Shown here: positions 54,115 to 63,450 of the stretch, piece by piece
How the letters are laid out: the number at the start of each line of letters is the position of its first letter
Position numbering within the stretch: the first letter of the stretch is position 1
DNA from: Desulfurococcales archaeon
Lineage (GTDB): Archaea; Thermoproteota; Thermoprotei_A; Sulfolobales; WAQK01
Reading direction: 5' to 3'
Assembly (NCBI GenBank): GCA_027083135.1
Contig: JALWQH010000054.1
Span: 6,648-70,647 of the forward strand
DNA length: 64,000 nucleotides
Program-made: the position numbers and the translations under genes
The notes under the pieces: model-generated
The model's input: the letters and a program-made list of their open reading frames with translations, nothing else
Database searches by the model: none
Told to the model about the DNA's origin: nothing

Positions 54115-55787
54115 CGCTTATCCCCCAATCTCCCCAACTTCTCCTCAAGGCTCCTCGCCTCATGCTCGGGAAGCCCTACATGCCTACGTATGACTTCTAG
54201 GAGCATTCTCCTAAGCTCCTTCTCCCCGTCTCCACCCATTATCACTGAGAGGCTCCTCGCAACTTCAGGCACGTATTTCAGAAACGTGTCTATCCTCTGC
54301 TTAAGCTCCTCCTCCCTACGCTTACGGGATAAGAAACGTCTAAGCCTCCTCGCAACCTCTCTCACAGCATTCCTTATCTCGGATTCAAGTTCAGGTACAT
54401 CGGCAATGCTCTCCTTGCCAACCCCTCTGAACGGAACCTTAGTGCTGCAGACATGTACGAGTACTAGCAGAGGGGCTGGGAAGGAGACAAGATAGTTCCT
54501 CCAGTCAAACCTCTTGGGATCCACCACCTTCCACGAGACATCGGACTTCATATCCATGAGCAGCGGTATCTTGTTAGCATACCTTATCAGCATGGGCTCA
54601 TCGCTGGACTTTATTCTGCCCCCATAGGCTACCGCAGCTTCAACTATGAAGGGGTGGCCTGAGTAGGCCCTAGGCCTCCTAGTAACAGCTGCCACAAAGT
54701 CGGGCTCATATACCTTCTTCAAGCCAGCAACTATTATTTCCTCGCCTAGGGGGGATAGGGGGTCGGTTCGAGGAGCCTTAAAGCCAGAATACTCTTTAAG
54801 CTTCCTTGCAAGGTACTCCAACTCCCCTCTCTTCATCTTATGTGGATCTATGCCTTTATCATCAGGGTTCTCAGGATCCACTAGGCCCGCCCATTCTAGG
54901 AAGCTTCGAGCAGACTTAGGGCCTATAGCCTGAAACGACTCGACGAGGAAGTCGTAAAGGTTCGTCGCCTTGGAAGCCGATATAAGCATCTTAAGCTGCT
55001 CTATGTCGACTCCATGGGGATGCGGCTTAACCTTCCTTGGAGGCGGAGGCATCTTGGAGATGCTTCGGGGAAACCTAACTATGTTGCCGTCAGGATCCTG
55101 GAAGAATATGTCGGCATAAGGTGCCACCACAGCTGTGCCGCGAATATAATCGTATATGTAGCTTCTAGCCCTGCTCCAGTCTCCTTCAACAGTGGTTGAA
55201 ACTATGGTGCCATGCCAGGAGCCACTCTTCCTCCAACTCTTATGCTCCAGTATTATGGGCTTATTCTCCTTAACATCTATCAGGATCTTATAGTAATGTA
55301 TCCTGTAATGCCTTGCAGGGGAGGATACGACTTCTACGGGCAGCCCTGTGGTCATCTGCCCGTAGAGTATAGCCATTTTCGCCCCTAGGCCGAACATCCC
55401 CCTAGACTGGCGTAACACGTATTTAGAGCTGAATAATACCTGGCCGAAAGCCTGAGGCACATACTGTGGGGGGATCCCTATACCATTATCCTCCACCGTC
55501 ACCCTGTAGTAGCCCACGTCCCCCCTAACCCTCTCCACATAAACCTTAACTACGGGGAGTATTCCATGAGTATCGGCAGCGTCGAGGGCGTTCTCCACGA
55601 GTTCCCGTACAGTCTGATATAAGGCTCTCGTCGGATTAGAGAATCCCGCGATCTCCCTGTTACGGTAGAAGAACTCAGCCGCGCTGAGGCTTCTGAAGCC
55701 TTCAGGACTAGCAGACACGCTGGCCACCCCTACCCCCCATAGCTTGATATTTGGGCAGTTACACTTAAATTCGGAATGGCTTTTCAA
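54111..55787 (-). CDS. top6B: DNA topoisomerase VI subunit B (GHKL ATPase)
   Basis: SAAEFFYRNREIAGF, the Bergerat-fold N-box ELVENALDA, and the G-boxes DNGIGI and GMFGLG. The true start is probably an internal GTG downstream of 55787. Confidence 0.85.
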   Translation of the reverse strand: MKSHSEFKCNCPNIKLWGVGVASVSASPEGFRSLSAAEFFYRNREIAGFSNPTRALYQTVRELVENALDAADTHGILPVVKVYVERVRGDVGYYRVTVEDNGIGIPPQYVPQAFGQVLFSSKYVLRQSRGMFGLGAKMAILYGQMTTGLPVEVVSSPARHYRIHYYKILIDVKENKPIILEHKSWRKSGSWHGTIVSTTVEGDWSRARSYIYDYIRGTAVVAPYADIFFQDPDGNIVRFPRSISKMPPPPRKVKPHPHGVDIEQLKMLISASKATNLYDFLVESFQAIGPKSARSFLEWAGLVDPENPDDKGIDPHKMKRGELEYLARKLKEYSGFKAPRTDPLSPLGEEIIVAGLKKVYEPDFVAAVTRRPRAYSGHPFIVEAAVAYGGRIKSSDEPMLIRYANKIPLLMDMKSDVSWKVVDPKRFDWRNYLVSFPAPLLVLVHVCSTKVPFRGVGKESIADVPELESEIRNAVREVARRLRRFLSRKRREEELKQRIDTFLKYVPEVARSLSVIMGGDGEKELRRMLLEVIRRHVGLPEHEARSLEEKLGRLGDKR

Positions 55788-55799
55788 GCAACCCTTAAT

Positions 55800-56741
55800 T
55801 TATGTTTGCATCCTGTCCCGGAGGAGGCCTGCAATAATTATGGGTACAATGATCGTTGCATCCCCATACACTATTACCCGTTTACCCTTAGGCTTAACCT
55901 TGCCCCAAGTTATAGCCTCCCTGGGATGAGCGCCGCTCAGGCTTCCATCATACTCCACCGCGGTGGTCACATATACCACGTAGTCGAGCCCTCCCTTAAA
56001 CTGGTTCCACCATATGGTGTGATGCTTGCTTATACCGCCACCTATGATTAATGCCATGCTTGTCTTAGCAGGGAACACTAGGTCTGCAAGGCTCTTCATA
56101 TCTGCAAGTATATCCAGCTTGAAGCCCCCTCTCTGAGCATACATGAAGAGAGCTGTGCCGAAGCTGCCGTCAACAATTCCAGGTACGAATATAGGGGTTC
56201 TCGTCTCATAGGCTGCCCGCAGTATGGAGTGCTCATCCCTAATCCTCCTCCCGAACTCCCAGAGCAGCTCGCTTACACTCCATGTTTCCCTGGATCCCCT
56301 TAGCTCGTTCATGATGCTGAAAACAGTCTTCTCTATGAGCGGGCCATAATTCTCGAGGGGTATGAATATGTTTCCAAGCCTATGTATGTTCTCCTCAGCC
56401 AACACCGGGTCATCAGCCTCGAAGAACCCGCGATAATATTTGCCTCCCATGCTCCTCGCAACATCGTGATCAACTGCCCCGCCTGTAGTTATAATGACGT
56501 TGAATAATTTCTCCCTAATAGCCTGGGCTAATACTCCGCGGAGGCCTGTAGCCACGAGGTTAGCTGTAAATGATAGGAATCTGAGCTCGGATGAAGCTCC
56601 CTCCCTAAGCACATCTACAGCCCTCGCCAGATGCCCTGCCATGAAGCCATGCATGGATCTATAGGCCTCTATAAGGCTCTCCACATCCATCCTGGGGGAT
56701 ACTTCGACATCCACTACAGGTTCTCCCAGCTTTTCACCCAT
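55800..56741 (-). CDS. dys: deoxyhypusine synthase
   Basis: 313 aa. FLSFTANLVATGLR, ITTGGAVDHD, IIGGGISKHH. Confidence 0.8.
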   Translation of the reverse strand: MGEKLGEPVVDVEVSPRMDVESLIEAYRSMHGFMAGHLARAVDVLREGASSELRFLSFTANLVATGLRGVLAQAIREKLFNVIITTGGAVDHDVARSMGGKYYRGFFEADDPVLAEENIHRLGNIFIPLENYGPLIEKTVFSIMNELRGSRETWSVSELLWEFGRRIRDEHSILRAAYETRTPIFVPGIVDGSFGTALFMYAQRGGFKLDILADMKSLADLVFPAKTSMALIIGGGISKHHTIWWNQFKGGLDYVVYVTTAVEYDGSLSGAHPREAITWGKVKPKGKRVIVYGDATIIVPIIIAGLLRDRMQT

Positions 56742-56818
56742 GACTAATGCCCCTGCTATTAAGGTGGGCGAAGCATAATATGTTCTAGCATGAATGCGGT
56801 TATTCCGCTGCGCAGAGA

Positions 56819-58024
56819 CTAGAAGACGCGGGCAAATATTGTTTTAAGGTATCTTAAATGCTTGTCAGCAGGCCTCCACACGTGATCTATTGATGCTTCA
56901 GCCACACGCAGTATCCTTGCCTGCACGCCGAGCCTACCCGTACATTCCGAGAGTATGGCCAGCATGTCATCCAGGCTGAGGAAGTAGCTGCAGGAAGATG
57001 CTACTAGAAGCCCTCCCCTACGCACATAGGGGAGGGCTGAACAATATAGCTTCCTATACGTCTTCAATCCCTTAGCTCTGAGATCTTTGGATGGTATGAG
57101 GGCTGGCGGATCAACCACGACGACATCATAGTTTTCCCCCGCCTGAGATAAGAAGTCCTCAACCCTCATGTTAATAATCCTGGCCTTCCCTTCAAGCCCG
57201 TTTAAACTGAGGTTTCGCTCAGCCTCCCCTACAGCCCATTCAGATTCCTCAACCATTGTGGCTGAGGAAGCACCGCTCAGCAGCGCGTGGATCCCGAAAC
57301 CCCCTGTATAGGAGTATAGGTCTAGAACCCGTTCACCACCCCTAATCAGGGAGGCAAGCATGAGCCTATTATCCCTTTGATCAAGGAAGAGGCCGGTTTT
57401 CTGCCCTCTCTCAACATCAACTCTGAACACTGCTTCACCCTCCCTTATAGTTGTTCGAGGAGGGCCTGAGCCTCTCATAACGCCTCTACTTACAGGCAGC
57501 CCGACCCTCCTCCTTGAACGCTGATCATGCCGCCCATAGATTAGGCGGGGATGCAGCAGCTCCTCTAAGCCGTCGGCCACTACACTGAGCATGCGGTCCA
57601 TCCCGAGGCTCCCGCTCTGAACAACCGCTATATCGTTATACACGTCTACTATTAGACCCGGAAGCATATCGCCCTCAGAGTTCACAAGCCTGTAGGCATT
57701 GCTTCTAAGAGGCAATGCTGAGCGAAGCTTATATGCTTCTCGAAGATTTTCAAGTACTGTTTCAGATGGATCAAGGCCGCATTCCCATCCAATGATCCTC
57801 ACCGCCACAGCGCCCACGCCTTCATATAAGCCCGTGGCAATGCACTCATCCCCCAGATAGATGTTCACAGCTTCGCCCGGCCTTGCATCAGCCCTGCTAA
57901 CCCACTTGGAGTATACTGTTAGGATGCCCTGAGATATGAGGGAGCCAGCGTTCCCCCTAAGCCTGATACTCCCCACCATAGATGCATCCTCGCTAAGGAG
58001 AAGGCAGGCATGGATTATACGCAT
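56819..58024 (-). CDS. RlmI-like SAM-dependent RNA (cytosine-C5) methyltransferase with PUA-like N-terminal domain
   Basis: LDLYSYTGGFG (SAM motif I), VVVDPP (motif IV), and LLVASSCS. The start may be the internal ATG at 57979. Confidence 0.65.
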   Translation of the reverse strand: MRIIHACLLLSEDASMVGSIRLRGNAGSLISQGILTVYSKWVSRADARPGEAVNIYLGDECIATGLYEGVGAVAVRIIGWECGLDPSETVLENLREAYKLRSALPLRSNAYRLVNSEGDMLPGLIVDVYNDIAVVQSGSLGMDRMLSVVADGLEELLHPRLIYGRHDQRSRRRVGLPVSRGVMRGSGPPRTTIREGEAVFRVDVERGQKTGLFLDQRDNRLMLASLIRGGERVLDLYSYTGGFGIHALLSGASSATMVEESEWAVGEAERNLSLNGLEGKARIINMRVEDFLSQAGENYDVVVVDPPALIPSKDLRAKGLKTYRKLYCSALPYVRRGGLLVASSCSYFLSLDDMLAILSECTGRLGVQARILRVAEASIDHVWRPADKHLRYLKTIFARVF

Positions 58025-58092
58025 TATAAAAGCATTTCATAGTTCAAACATCAATTGCCCCCTAATCCTAAAGAATTAGCCGGAGGATAGCG

Positions 58093-58518
58093 TTGAAGAA
58101 TAGAAGGGCTCTCTCACCACTCATAGCAACAGCCATACTAATATCGGCAGCAGTAGTTGGAGGAATGATGCTATACAACTATTTCAGCACTACTATGGGC
58201 AGCGTGAACAAGGTGAACTCCCTGATATCTGATTTCACAGCGATGAACGTTGGCTCAACCACGGTGCTGCACTACGAGTTCTGGAACACGGGCACGCAGC
58301 CTGCAAACATTACAGGCATAGTCATAGTCGATGATACGGGTAAGGAAACGCATGTCAGCATAACCCCCATACTGATCAGAGGAGGGGAGAAGAGCTCCGG
58401 CAACATAGTCTTATCATCTCCGCTGAGTCCAGGTGAAACATACGCAGTATACGCTGAATACACAGTTAATGGAAAACAGTCAACAACAAGCCCTGTACAG
58501 ATAACTATATCCCCCTAG
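58093..58518 (+). CDS. archaeal type IV pilin-like protein (class III signal peptide)
   Basis: TTG start. MKNRRALSPLIATAILISAAVVGGMML is the Pilin_N/DUF361-type prepilin N-terminus, followed by a beta-rich domain. Confidence 0.7.
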   Translation: MKNRRALSPLIATAILISAAVVGGMMLYNYFSTTMGSVNKVNSLISDFTAMNVGSTTVLHYEFWNTGTQPANITGIVIVDDTGKETHVSITPILIRGGEKSSGNIVLSSPLSPGETYAVYAEYTVNGKQSTTSPVQITISP

Positions 58519-58562
58519 ACTAGACCCCTCTTTTTCCCTCTACTTCTAGTGGTGAAGAGACG

Positions 58563-61500
58563 ATGACACCTACTACCGGGATCATAAGGATCTGGGAGGA
58601 ACTAGGGCTTAGAAGAATATCATGGGATAGGAAGGATGAGTGGAGCGTGGTTAAAAGCTATAATATAGGCCCCGCCTCCATTCACATAGCTGTCAACATA
58701 GGTAGCGGGGAGTATAGATACTTCATTGATGAGCCCCCTCTATCCGATGATGTTAGAAGGCTCCTGGTAGATGTTCTCTCAGCCATGATTCTCGGGCCAT
58801 TAGAGGAGAGAAGCCCTGAGGAAATGCTTGTTGAGAGGGCTTCAGAGGACCCGCACCTAGAGAGGCTGTTGGAAAAGGAGATGGGTTCAGCAATATATTA
58901 TTTGAGGAGGGCTCTAAGCGGGTATGGACCATTCTACCCGCTACTGCAGGACAGCCTGATAGAGGAGGTAGCGGTTGAGGGGCCAGGCATACCTGTAGCA
59001 GTCTTCCATAGGATAAGGGGGGGCGGGTGGATGGATACAAACCTCACGCTGAACGAGGGGGAACTAGACTCCCTTGTACAGTCTATTGCAAGGAAGATTG
59101 GAAGGCATCTAAGCATAGCTACACCCTTCGCCGAAGGCCTAACCCCAGAGGGTCATAGAGCAGCCCTAACCTTCTCGCGGGAAGTCTCAAGGAGGGGAAG
59201 CAGCATAGTGCTTAGAAAGTATCCTCAAAAACCATTCACCATAATCGACCTGATCAGAGCAAACACTATCTCAGCCCTCGAAGCAGCATATCTCTGGGTA
59301 CTAGTGGAAAACAAGGCATTCATCCTCATAATAGGGGGAATGGCTTCAGGAAAGAGTCTAATAGGTAGTGAACTAGTTCTAGTAAAAATTAATAGAGCAA
59401 GCAGGCTTCTAACAATTGAGCATCTGTGGAACGAGCTAGCTAGAAGAGGCCGCAAAATACAGGAGCTAGGTAACATGGAGTATATTGAGGTCGGCTCTAC
59501 AGATCTTGAGGTATTAACACTGACACCGGAAGCAGTTAGGTGGGTGAAACCCAAATACTTAATCAGGCACAAAGTGAGAGAAAAACTATATAGAATTAAG
59601 ACAAGGACAGGCAGAGAAATACATGTTACCAGAGACCATAGCCTTCTAGTATGGAGTGTCGGAGAAAATGGAGACAAATTCAAGGTAACTGTACGGACAA
59701 TAAGACCATTAGAACTAAAAACAAAACAACACTACCTCCCGTATTTAAGGAAGCTGAGCATCGAAAACAAAAGAACCGCCATTGACGCCTGGCTTGCATC
59801 CCCCGATCTAGGGTATCTGGCAGGCTTCCTGGTAGCTGAGGCACCATGCGGAAGCTATGTCTTCGAGCAAGGTAAGGACGCGATCCTAGAGAAAGTACTG
59901 GGAATACTAGAGAAACACGGGATTCCTCATACCGTGACTCCCTACGATAAAGGAAAACTACACGTAGTACGTGTTATGATTAACCCATCATCTGGAAAAC
60001 TCATTAAAATGCTAGAAGCGGGGAAGTGGGGCTGCGGGAAGAGAATACCAGACGTCTTTTGGAGCATGGATGAGGAGTCTCGTTACGCTTTTCTTGCCGG
60101 TGTTATTGACGGCGATGGTAGAGTTGATGGTGGCAGGTATATTATTAAGATTGCTACGACCAGCAGGGAGCTTGCCTATGGTTTTCTCTACGCATTCGCT
60201 TCTGTAGGTGTTCATGCATACATTCGTGAGAGGAGGATCAAGAAGTATCCGAATAGAGTGTACTACCATGTGCTTATCCCGATCAGTATTAACAGGGATG
60301 GTTTGAGGAGAATTATAAAGCATCTGTCTGATGCCAAGCGTAAGCAAATTGAGGAGGCTATGGAGAAGAGTAGGGGCCATCATTCCGAGACTGATGTTAT
60401 CCCCCCTGATGTAGCATATGCTATCAGCTCCTTGTTAAAGAGAAAAGAGCATGGAAGAAATATAAAAAATGATTGGGATGCAAGGCCTTACAGCTACAAG
60501 GACAAGAATACATCATTCTATAGGATGAAGCAGGGTCTCGGCGGAAAACTCTATGACCTTATACCGAGAGGTGTAGGGTTTGATAGAGTTGAAGAAATAG
60601 GGGAAGTTGAATATGATGGGTACGTATACGATATAGAAGTGCCGGAAACCCAGAATTTCGAGGCTAACGGCATATTCGTCCACAATACATCGATGCTTCA
60701 AGCCATAGCCACCCTGATACCTCCGAATGAAAGGGTGGTTACCCTAGAAGACACTCCTGAACTCAACCTGCCTCATAGACACTGGGATCCCCTGATAACT
60801 AGGTTCAGCTACACAAGGGAGACGTCCCTCAACATAGGATTAGAACAGCTGGCAAAATTCGCGTTGAGACGACGCTCAGAATACCTGATCATAGGGGAGG
60901 TCAGGGGATCAGAGGCGAGAATACTTGCACAAGCCGCTGCCACTGGTCAGGGGTCAATGTGCCTCCCTTACGATGAGCGGATCCTAGTTAGGATCAAAGG
61001 CAGAGCCGCGGCCATGCCTATAGGCATGATGGTAAGAGATATTGTACTAAAAGGAGTTAGGCCTGAGGTGCTTACATATAGTGGTGGGAGATACTCATGG
61101 AAGCCTATTAAGAGGTTCCTTATTGTCCCCGGCCCTAACCGCTGGATCGAGCTTAAACTTACAAGTGGGAGGAGACTCAAAGTAACACCTGACCACCTCA
61201 TACCCGTTGAAGATTCCGGGAAGATAAGGCTTACAAGAGCCTCAAACATAGTTGAAGGAACCCACGTACTATCCGCGGGAAAGCATGATGTAGGCAGAGC
61301 TGTTAAAAATGGGTGGGCTGAGGGAGCCTACAGCATCGACACCGTGTTAAGCATTAATCCAAGCATATCAGCTGAGCCTGCATTCGACATAGAGGTGGAG
61401 GAGAACCACCTCTTCATACATGAATCCCTACTAATAACGCATAACTGCACTTTCCATGCAGATAGCGTTGAGTCAGCTATAGTTAGACTATCATCCCATC

Positions 61501-61883
61501 CAATAGGGCTGGGCGAAGCATTCCTATCACTGATATGGAGCGTCATAACTATGAGAAGGGCGCGTGTGAAGGATAGAGGGATGGCCCGCAGAGCCTCATC
61601 CATAGATGAGGTGACACCGGAGGTTAAAACAAGAAACATATTCTCATGGATGCCCAGCGAGGATAAGCATATCCCCGAGGAGCCCGAAGACGTGGTTAAA
61701 AGGAGTTATAGGCTCAGAATGGTTGCAGGTCTTCTAGGAGTATCTGAGCAAGACGTAGTTGAAGAGCTGGCCCGCAGAAAAGAATTCCTGGAAATACTTG
61801 TCAGGGGAGGGGCTTCAGACTACAGGGATGTGGCGAGAGCCGTAGCAGGATACTATATGAGGGGTGGAGCATGGGGATCCTAG
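58563..61883 (+). CDS. type IV pilus/archaellum-family assembly ATPase (FlaI/TadA/VirB11-like) interrupted by two inteins
   Basis: The exteins total 500 aa. Walker A is IIGGMASGK|[intein 1]|TSMLQAI. Then TLEDTPEL, Walker B YLIIGEVRG, and ATGQGSM|[intein 2]|CTFHADS (the TGH..T.HA box). Confidence 0.85.
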   Translation: MTPTTGIIRIWEELGLRRISWDRKDEWSVVKSYNIGPASIHIAVNIGSGEYRYFIDEPPLSDDVRRLLVDVLSAMILGPLEERSPEEMLVERASEDPHLERLLEKEMGSAIYYLRRALSGYGPFYPLLQDSLIEEVAVEGPGIPVAVFHRIRGGGWMDTNLTLNEGELDSLVQSIARKIGRHLSIATPFAEGLTPEGHRAALTFSREVSRRGSSIVLRKYPQKPFTIIDLIRANTISALEAAYLWVLVENKAFILIIGGMASGKSLIGSELVLVKINRASRLLTIEHLWNELARRGRKIQELGNMEYIEVGSTDLEVLTLTPEAVRWVKPKYLIRHKVREKLYRIKTRTGREIHVTRDHSLLVWSVGENGDKFKVTVRTIRPLELKTKQHYLPYLRKLSIENKRTAIDAWLASPDLGYLAGFLVAEAPCGSYVFEQGKDAILEKVLGILEKHGIPHTVTPYDKGKLHVVRVMINPSSGKLIKMLEAGKWGCGKRIPDVFWSMDEESRYAFLAGVIDGDGRVDGGRYIIKIATTSRELAYGFLYAFASVGVHAYIRERRIKKYPNRVYYHVLIPISINRDGLRRIIKHLSDAKRKQIEEAMEKSRGHHSETDVIPPDVAYAISSLLKRKEHGRNIKNDWDARPYSYKDKNTSFYRMKQGLGGKLYDLIPRGVGFDRVEEIGEVEYDGYVYDIEVPETQNFEANGIFVHNTSMLQAIATLIPPNERVVTLEDTPELNLPHRHWDPLITRFSYTRETSLNIGLEQLAKFALRRRSEYLIIGEVRGSEARILAQAAATGQGSMCLPYDERILVRIKGRAAAMPIGMMVRDIVLKGVRPEVLTYSGGRYSWKPIKRFLIVPGPNRWIELKLTSGRRLKVTPDHLIPVEDSGKIRLTRASNIVEGTHVLSAGKHDVGRAVKNGWAEGAYSIDTVLSINPSISAEPAFDIEVEENHLFIHESLLITHNCTFHADSVESAIVRLSSHPIGLGEAFLSLIWSVITMRRARVKDRGMARRASSIDEVTPEVKTRNIFSWMPSEDKHIPEEPEDVVKRSYRLRMVAGLLGVSEQDVVEELARRKEFLEILVRGGASDYRDVARAVAGYYMRGGAWGS
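59355..60686 (+). mobile_element. intein 1 of the pilus ATPase (444 aa, Ser1, LAGLIDADG endonuclease)
   Basis: Starts SLIGSELVLV directly after the Walker-A Lys. Block B is VTRDHSLLV. LAGLIDADG motifs are LGYLAGFLVAEA and YAFLAGVIDGDG. Ends ..NGIFVHN followed by Thr+1. Confidence 0.8.
60960..61445 (+). mobile_element. intein 2 of the pilus ATPase (162-aa mini-intein, Cys1, Cys+1)
   Basis: Starts CLPYDERILV. Block B is VTPDHLIPV. Ends ..SLLITHN followed by Cys+1 (CTFHA). No endonuclease domain. Confidence 0.8.
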
Positions 61884-63442
61884 CAGGACTAACATCAGCA
61901 TATATTAGCGCTGTGAGAAGGCCCTTCGAAGAGGTATGTATTAGAACAGCTAAGTGCATGTGGAACAGCTATGCCGCATCATTCATACTATACGCTACAG
62001 TTCTAAGCTCCACTGTAGCTTCATCAGCATGCATAATACTATGCGGGCTTAAAGGAGCGTTATTTCTACTAATGATCCCTGCGCCAATACTTGCAGCATA
62101 CATGTATAAACAGGCATCCCTAGACTCGCATCGTAGAGGCTTGGAAAGAGAGGAACCCTACTTCCTAGTATACTCTCTCTCCATGCACTCCTCGGGAATG
62201 CCTCTCCACATAGCGCTTGAAAGCCTCGACGAAGGCATGCTTCCAGCCCACAGCAAGGAGGCAGCCAGATATAAGAGAATAGCTCGTGTGATCCAGGATC
62301 CCTATGAAGCCCTTGCCAGGCTTGCAGACACCTCTCTATCAAGAGGCTTCTCAAGGCTGTTGAGAAGCTATATAGGTGCTCTTAGAAGCGGCACGGGGCT
62401 TGAGTCGTTCTTCGAGGTTAGAGTGGAGGAGGCTATAAGAAGGGTTAGAGACTCGTGGACAAGGTTCGCAGACATAGCTGGAGAGGCGGGTGAAGCCCTC
62501 TCACTCATCAATGTGCTTGGAGTATTCATGGTGCTTCTCTACGGAGTGATAAGCGGGTACACTATGGCCATGATCATGGGAACCATGCTTCTAATACCCC
62601 TGCTCTCCGGGCTCATTTACCTCTACGTGGATCAGCAATCCCCTGGAATGGAGGGCTGGGTGAAGGTACCAGTATGGGTTAAACTCTCATACATCGCCGC
62701 CCTAATATTAGGCCTAGCCTCATACATTATCTTCAGGGAACCATGGACTACACTCATACTTGCATCAACACCTATGATAATTGTAGGAGCAGTATTCGAG
62801 GCTACGACGCTTTCTAGGATTAGAGGCATGGAGGCAGCTCTACCTGCAATTATAAGAGGAGTTTCGGACTACACTAGGCTAGGATACCCTTTAAGCAAGT
62901 CGCTTGCCAGGATTGCGGAGGAAGAGGAGGATGCCTGGATAAAGCGGACACTCAATATTCTCAAAAACATAATTGACTCTGGGGAAAAACTGCCCCGCAG
63001 CATGCTTGAAAACCTGCCAGGTCATGCACGATATGTTTTCAAAATGCTTCACAGCCTTTCTAAAACAATGCTGACTCCACCGAAAGCTCTTGAAGCCCTT
63101 GCAAGCTTCATAGGGGAAGCCATTTATGCTAAGGCTAAAGTTGCCAGCAGACTACACATGCATGAAATAATATTATATGCGTTTGCACCCATGGTTCTCT
63201 ACGCCTTAAAAGCCCTTGTAAATGCGTCTAAAGGGCTTACAGCAGGTATGTCAGGAACCCTGGGTCTCACAGCACCCGAGATGACGCTGGAGCCCAGCCT
63301 CATCTTACTCGTCCTCCTACCATCACTGCTGTCACACGGAGCAGTGGTAGAGAAACTAGTGACAGGTGTGGGATGGCAGCCTCTACGTAAAGGAATAGCA
63401 CTTCTCACACTGGGTGTTTCAGGCCTGATATTAATGGGATGA
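61871..63442 (+). CDS. type II secretion system F-family platform protein (FlaJ/TadC-like)
   Basis: 523 aa, polytopic, with two cytoplasmic helical domains. Overlaps the ATPase gene end by 13 nt. Confidence 0.7.
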   Translation: MGILAGLTSAYISAVRRPFEEVCIRTAKCMWNSYAASFILYATVLSSTVASSACIILCGLKGALFLLMIPAPILAAYMYKQASLDSHRRGLEREEPYFLVYSLSMHSSGMPLHIALESLDEGMLPAHSKEAARYKRIARVIQDPYEALARLADTSLSRGFSRLLRSYIGALRSGTGLESFFEVRVEEAIRRVRDSWTRFADIAGEAGEALSLINVLGVFMVLLYGVISGYTMAMIMGTMLLIPLLSGLIYLYVDQQSPGMEGWVKVPVWVKLSYIAALILGLASYIIFREPWTTLILASTPMIIVGAVFEATTLSRIRGMEAALPAIIRGVSDYTRLGYPLSKSLARIAEEEEDAWIKRTLNILKNIIDSGEKLPRSMLENLPGHARYVFKMLHSLSKTMLTPPKALEALASFIGEAIYAKAKVASRLHMHEIILYAFAPMVLYALKALVNASKGLTAGMSGTLGLTAPEMTLEPSLILLVLLPSLLSHGAVVEKLVTGVGWQPLRKGIALLTLGVSGLILMG

Positions 63443-63450
63443 CATGACGC

